Positions 60,608 to 64,000 of a stretch of 64,000 bases of DNA are shown piece by piece (positions within the stretch are counted from its first letter, which is position 1; each line of letters opens with the position of its first letter). The DNA comes from Candidatus Bathyarchaeia archaeon (lineage in GTDB: Archaea > Thermoproteota > Bathyarchaeia > Bathyarchaeales > Bathycorpusculaceae). The stretch lies in NCBI GenBank assembly GCA_050012755.1, contig JBEKGO010000005.1:26070-90069 (forward strand). Reading direction: 5' to 3'. The translations under genes were made by a program, and so were the position numbers. The notes under the pieces are model-generated. The model was not told the origin of the DNA and ran no database searches. It saw nothing but the letters and a program-made list of their open reading frames with translations.

Positions 60608-60859
60608 TTACCTTATTGCTTCTGCTTCTGCGGTTGTGGCGCCAATCCGATTTATCTTTATTTTCACATGCTCTCCAAGCTTTGCATTGGCAACATGTAT
60701 TACAAAACCCTGAACCCTAGCGATTCCTTCCTCTTTTGGGCTGCATTCCACAATATCTACCTCTAATTCTTCTCCCACTTTAACGGGGTAACGTTTAACG
60801 CCCTTGCCGTGCCCCCGTCTTCCCTCATAACTACCGCCTTGCCTTTTCGAATAGCTCAT
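60608..60859 (-). CDS. Single TRAM-domain RNA-binding protein
   Basis: PVKVGEELEVDI...EGIARVQGFVIHV...GEHVKIKI. Confidence 0.88.
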   Translation of the reverse strand: MSYSKRQGGSYEGRRGHGKGVKRYPVKVGEELEVDIVECSPKEEGIARVQGFVIHVANAKLGEHVKIKINRIGATTAEAEAIR

Positions 60860-60967
60860 AATAAACTACGCTTCCTTTTGCTAAAAGTATCTAATATGAC
60901 ATTAATTTTCTAATGCTTAAGCCTTTTCACCAAGCAACTATTATCGCTTGTCCTTATTCTCAAAAAA

Positions 60968-61924
60968 TTAGATGCTTACATGGAACGCCCAATGCATATA
61001 CGATTTAAGATCTCCTGAGAGTGCCAAAGAAGGCTCGACATAACAGTGAAGACTACATTTTTGGCAGTTTCTAGTTTTTTTCCAGTCAAATCCAGCAACA
61101 GCACCTTTAATGCTGTCATCAAAAATGGAAACGCTGCTTGCATAATCATTGTGGACATAGCAAGGCAAAACTGCGTTCCCGTTCGGGTCAATGTTTACCA
61201 TCGCCCATGGTTTGCACTGCCAGTTTTTCTCTTTAGCCATCACTTTGAAGTAACCGATTGAATTGACGAGGGGATAACCTTCTTGTTTCATTTCGATAAG
61301 TCTGTGGGCTATTTTCGATGTTTTTCCCGTGGCAGCTGAAGATGCATTGACGTTGCAGTATTCGTGAGCCACAGCTACCGATATTTTTGTTCCTAACTCT
61401 TTTGCGAGCTTAACCAAGCTTTCTGTTTCGTCAATGTTCTCGGCCATTATGGTCGTGTTAATTGTTACAGAAACTTTTTCTTTCGCAGCAGTTATTCCTC
61501 GTACCGCTTTTCTGAAGCTTCCGCCAACACCTCTGATAGCATCATGAGTTTTCTCTAAGCCATCCAACGAAACATAAACCACGCCATTAATGTATGGGGC
61601 TATCTCGTCAATTCTGGATTCAAGCAGAGTACCGTTAGTTATGAGGCTTGTATGCAAAGGTAAAGAGCGGGAAAAAACAAGAATATCTGCTAAATCCTTT
61701 CTCAGAAGCGGTTCCCCACCTTCAAACGCGATTCCGACGGCTCCCGAATCATAAACCCTTTTCAGAATTCTTTTTTCCTGTTCTAGACTTGAATCTGGGC
61801 TGGTTCTTTTCCAAAACGGGCACATCTTGCAGCGAAGATTACAGTTATATGTCACCTTATGTCCGCAAAACAGGGGAGCCTTGACGTCAAGTAAATTTGA
61901 GATGAATCCACGATAAACTCTCAA
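60968..61924 (-). CDS. Radical SAM protein with a C-terminal Cys cluster
   Basis: CNLRCKMC, EGGEPLLR, TNGTLL, CKPW..LPC..CQKCSLHCYVEPS. Confidence 0.88.
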   Translation of the reverse strand: MRVYRGFISNLLDVKAPLFCGHKVTYNCNLRCKMCPFWKRTSPDSSLEQEKRILKRVYDSGAVGIAFEGGEPLLRKDLADILVFSRSLPLHTSLITNGTLLESRIDEIAPYINGVVYVSLDGLEKTHDAIRGVGGSFRKAVRGITAAKEKVSVTINTTIMAENIDETESLVKLAKELGTKISVAVAHEYCNVNASSAATGKTSKIAHRLIEMKQEGYPLVNSIGYFKVMAKEKNWQCKPWAMVNIDPNGNAVLPCYVHNDYASSVSIFDDSIKGAVAGFDWKKTRNCQKCSLHCYVEPSLALSGDLKSYMHWAFHVSI

Positions 61925-62088
61925 CCCTAACCAAAAGTTCTCTGCGTAATGTTGAATATTTTTTTCTTCCCCAGAATATTTAGAAACTCGGTCCTATCCT
62001 CCAAGATCAATTTGAACTCTGTGACTTCACTTAGATAATATAAGAAGTACTTTTCTTTTTTGTTTGGAGAAAAGGGAATTTGTCGTCA

Positions 62089-62226
62089 TTATTCTTTTTT
62101 CTTGAGTTCTTTCTTTGTTCCCTTCCCAAAGTCATCCACGGCTTTGACACCTCTTTTAAAACCTTTGCCGATTGCTTTTCCCGTTTCTTCAGCAGCATTC
62201 TCAACTTTTTTCTTCGTCTTAGGCAT
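62089..62226 (-). CDS. 45-aa basic amphipathic small protein
   Basis: Below the ORF-track cutoff: MPKTKKKVENAAEETGKAIGKGFKRGVKAVDDFGKGTKKELKKKE. Confidence 0.6.
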   Translation of the reverse strand: MPKTKKKVENAAEETGKAIGKGFKRGVKAVDDFGKGTKKELKKKE

Positions 62227-62435
62227 TCTTCATCTCTATCTAAAAGCTGTTTATTGCAAAACAAAGGGTGCGTGATTGTGAAGTCAAAGCAACATCTGGA
62301 GATCACCCGAGGTTTTACTTTTAGAAAAGTCTGAACCTAAATTTTCAAAAAACGTACCGCTTTGTTGATGTGGAGCAACAGCTACACAAGTTTAATAGTT
62401 ATTTATACGCTTAAGTAACTTAATAGGTGTAACTA

Positions 62436-62858
62436 TTGACAAATATTATTTTTGGAAACATGACTTTGGCAAGTCTGCTTGTAACCATAATTGGCTTGAT
62501 TATTCTATGGATAATTGTCTCTATACCTGTGTGGTTAGCTGGCAAGGCTGTAACTGGCGGAAAAGCCACCTTTGGCGACGCTATGATTGCCACGCTGTTC
62601 GGCCCGATAGTTTACTTTGTCACATTGATTTTGATAGGTTACTTCCTGGGATCGTTAATTGGCTCAACGGCATACATAATTGCATTAATTTTAGCGCTTG
62701 TCGCGTGGATTTGGGTATACAAAGCTAGCTTCAAAACAGGCTGGCTGGGTGGCATCGCAATAGCAATACTGGCATGGATAATCTTTGTCGTAGTAAGCAT
62801 AATATTTGGAGCCCTTTTTGGTGTGGTAGTTCCTGGAACATTCTTCCCCCACATTTAA
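62436..62858 (+). CDS. Four-TM membrane protein
   Basis: Four hydrophobic helices; GGTG ribosome-binding site before TTG. Confidence 0.75.
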   Translation: MTNIIFGNMTLASLLVTIIGLIILWIIVSIPVWLAGKAVTGGKATFGDAMIATLFGPIVYFVTLILIGYFLGSLIGSTAYIIALILALVAWIWVYKASFKTGWLGGIAIAILAWIIFVVVSIIFGALFGVVVPGTFFPHI

Positions 62859-63100
62859 AAAACAAGAACATACGATCAACAGACTTAGCATAGAGGTCAT
62901 AAAGAGGAAAATAAAAGCAAGAAAATAACTTGATGACCAATCCTGTGGGCAGCCTCTTTTGATTCTTAAGCTAACTTTCCCCCTATAATCGCATAATCTC
63001 TAAATTTTCAAAAGAGTGTTTGAACATAGTAGTCGCTTTGTTGCTGTGGACCTACAGCCACACAACCTTAATAGCAATTTAAGCGTCTTTAAGCATAATT

Positions 63101-63442
63101 GTGGAGTTGCAGAATTTGGGCGCGATAGATCAGGTATTTAGTTTTCTCACTTCTGGAAACATAGGCGGTTTGCCAACATGGGTAGTATTTATAATAATGT
63201 TAGCGATCGGATTAATCGTTGGCTTTCTAGTCCATATGTTCCTAAAGATCGCTATAATAGCTGCAATTATACTCTTTGTGCTTGCCTACTTCGGCTTCTT
63301 CGGTTTGAGTCTGAGTGTGTTGAAAAATGATGCGATACAATATGGTAACATTATTTACCAATACGGCGCACTCATTATAGGCATACTTCCGCTAGGCATC
63401 GGATTCATAATAGGCTTAGTCATAGGCTTTGTATTATCGTAA
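63101..63442 (+). CDS. Small membrane protein
   Basis: Three Gly-rich hydrophobic helices. Confidence 0.7.
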   Translation: MELQNLGAIDQVFSFLTSGNIGGLPTWVVFIIMLAIGLIVGFLVHMFLKIAIIAAIILFVLAYFGFFGLSLSVLKNDAIQYGNIIYQYGALIIGILPLGIGFIIGLVIGFVLS

Positions 63443-63701
63443 ACTGAACATCATTCGGTTCAAGCGAAGAAACAATCGATAACCAATAATACTCTAAAAC
63501 AAACCCCAAAATTCTCTAGACGATAATTGTTTAGAGACTTCTCATGATGCCTCAGCACAATTTTTATTTCTATTAATTGCAAGTGGAAATAATTTAGAAT
63601 CGGAACAACACAACTAGCTAAAAAGCGAAAACCATTACATATTTATTGGAAGAAAAGTTAAATTTAAATATAAATTGGTACAGAAAGCTAATGTGTTGAG
63701 A

Positions 63702-64000
63702 ATGTCCAACGACGAAAATACGGATCTCCTGCTTGGCTTGGGTTTAAGTCTTAATCAGGCAAGGGTGTACCTTGCCATACTTAAGCTAGAAAAAACCACC
63801 GTTGGCCAAGTAGCAAAGTTATCAAGAGTTCGCAGAGAAGATGTCTATAGACTTTTGCCTTCACTCGAAAAAATGGGCTTGGTTGAACGATTACTGGGTA
63901 AACCCGCTGAGGTTCGAGCTACGCCGATCTCTGACGCCCTAAGCCTCTTGGTGTCGGAAGAAAAAGACAAATTTGATGAACGTTTGACTGGTATGAAGAA
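63702..64000 (+). CDS. TrmB-family transcriptional regulator (runs off the window edge)
   Basis: Manual translation MSNDENTDLLLGLGLSLNQARVYLAILKL...VRREDVYRLLPSLEKMGLVERLLGKP. Confidence 0.85.
   Translation, partial: MSNDENTDLLLGLGLSLNQARVYLAILKLEKTTVGQVAKLSRVRREDVYRLLPSLEKMGLVERLLGKPAEVRATPISDALSLLVSEEKDKFDERLTGMK

Noticed and set aside
116-62940. Many 60-180-aa ORFs antisense to or nested in well-supported genes (e.g. 3112-3639, 20358-20900)
   Set aside because: These are shadow ORFs without motifs or independent expression signals.

Overview
Archaeal chromosomal segment, most consistent with Bathyarchaeia. This is inferred from PolD DP1/DP2, Elf1, GGGP synthase, Nob1, aIF5A and Sec61-beta, plus tandem double-Lrp regulators beside a large secreted beta-propeller-type protein. 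The first 37 kb is mostly core genome: an aconitase-IDH-ATP citrate lyase operon, pyrE, ahcY, ion transport genes and a cdc6-linked replication origin with three ORB boxes. The rest is accessory-rich: an orphan terminase pair, a type IIG restriction-modification gene, Lrp regulators, a minimal PolX and two vapBC modules. Five signals are not explained by standard annotation: (1) two loci, each with paired 10-bp-phased arrays capped by a shared (G/T)(C/T)AACCTRCAAA tail; (2) an oriC-adjacent three-gene module, including a predicted membrane-anchored coiled-coil winged-helix protein, set among about 20 TGTGA(A/T)-type sites, a candidate origin-tethering or segregation system; (3) an intact terminase with no portal, capsid or integrase nearby; (4) toxin-antitoxin modules bracketed by decayed tRNA 3'-end fragments; (5) three DNA-binding genes that appear to need a near-cognate (ACG/ATC) start or a frameshift. 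All calls come from reading motifs by eye; no searches were run.
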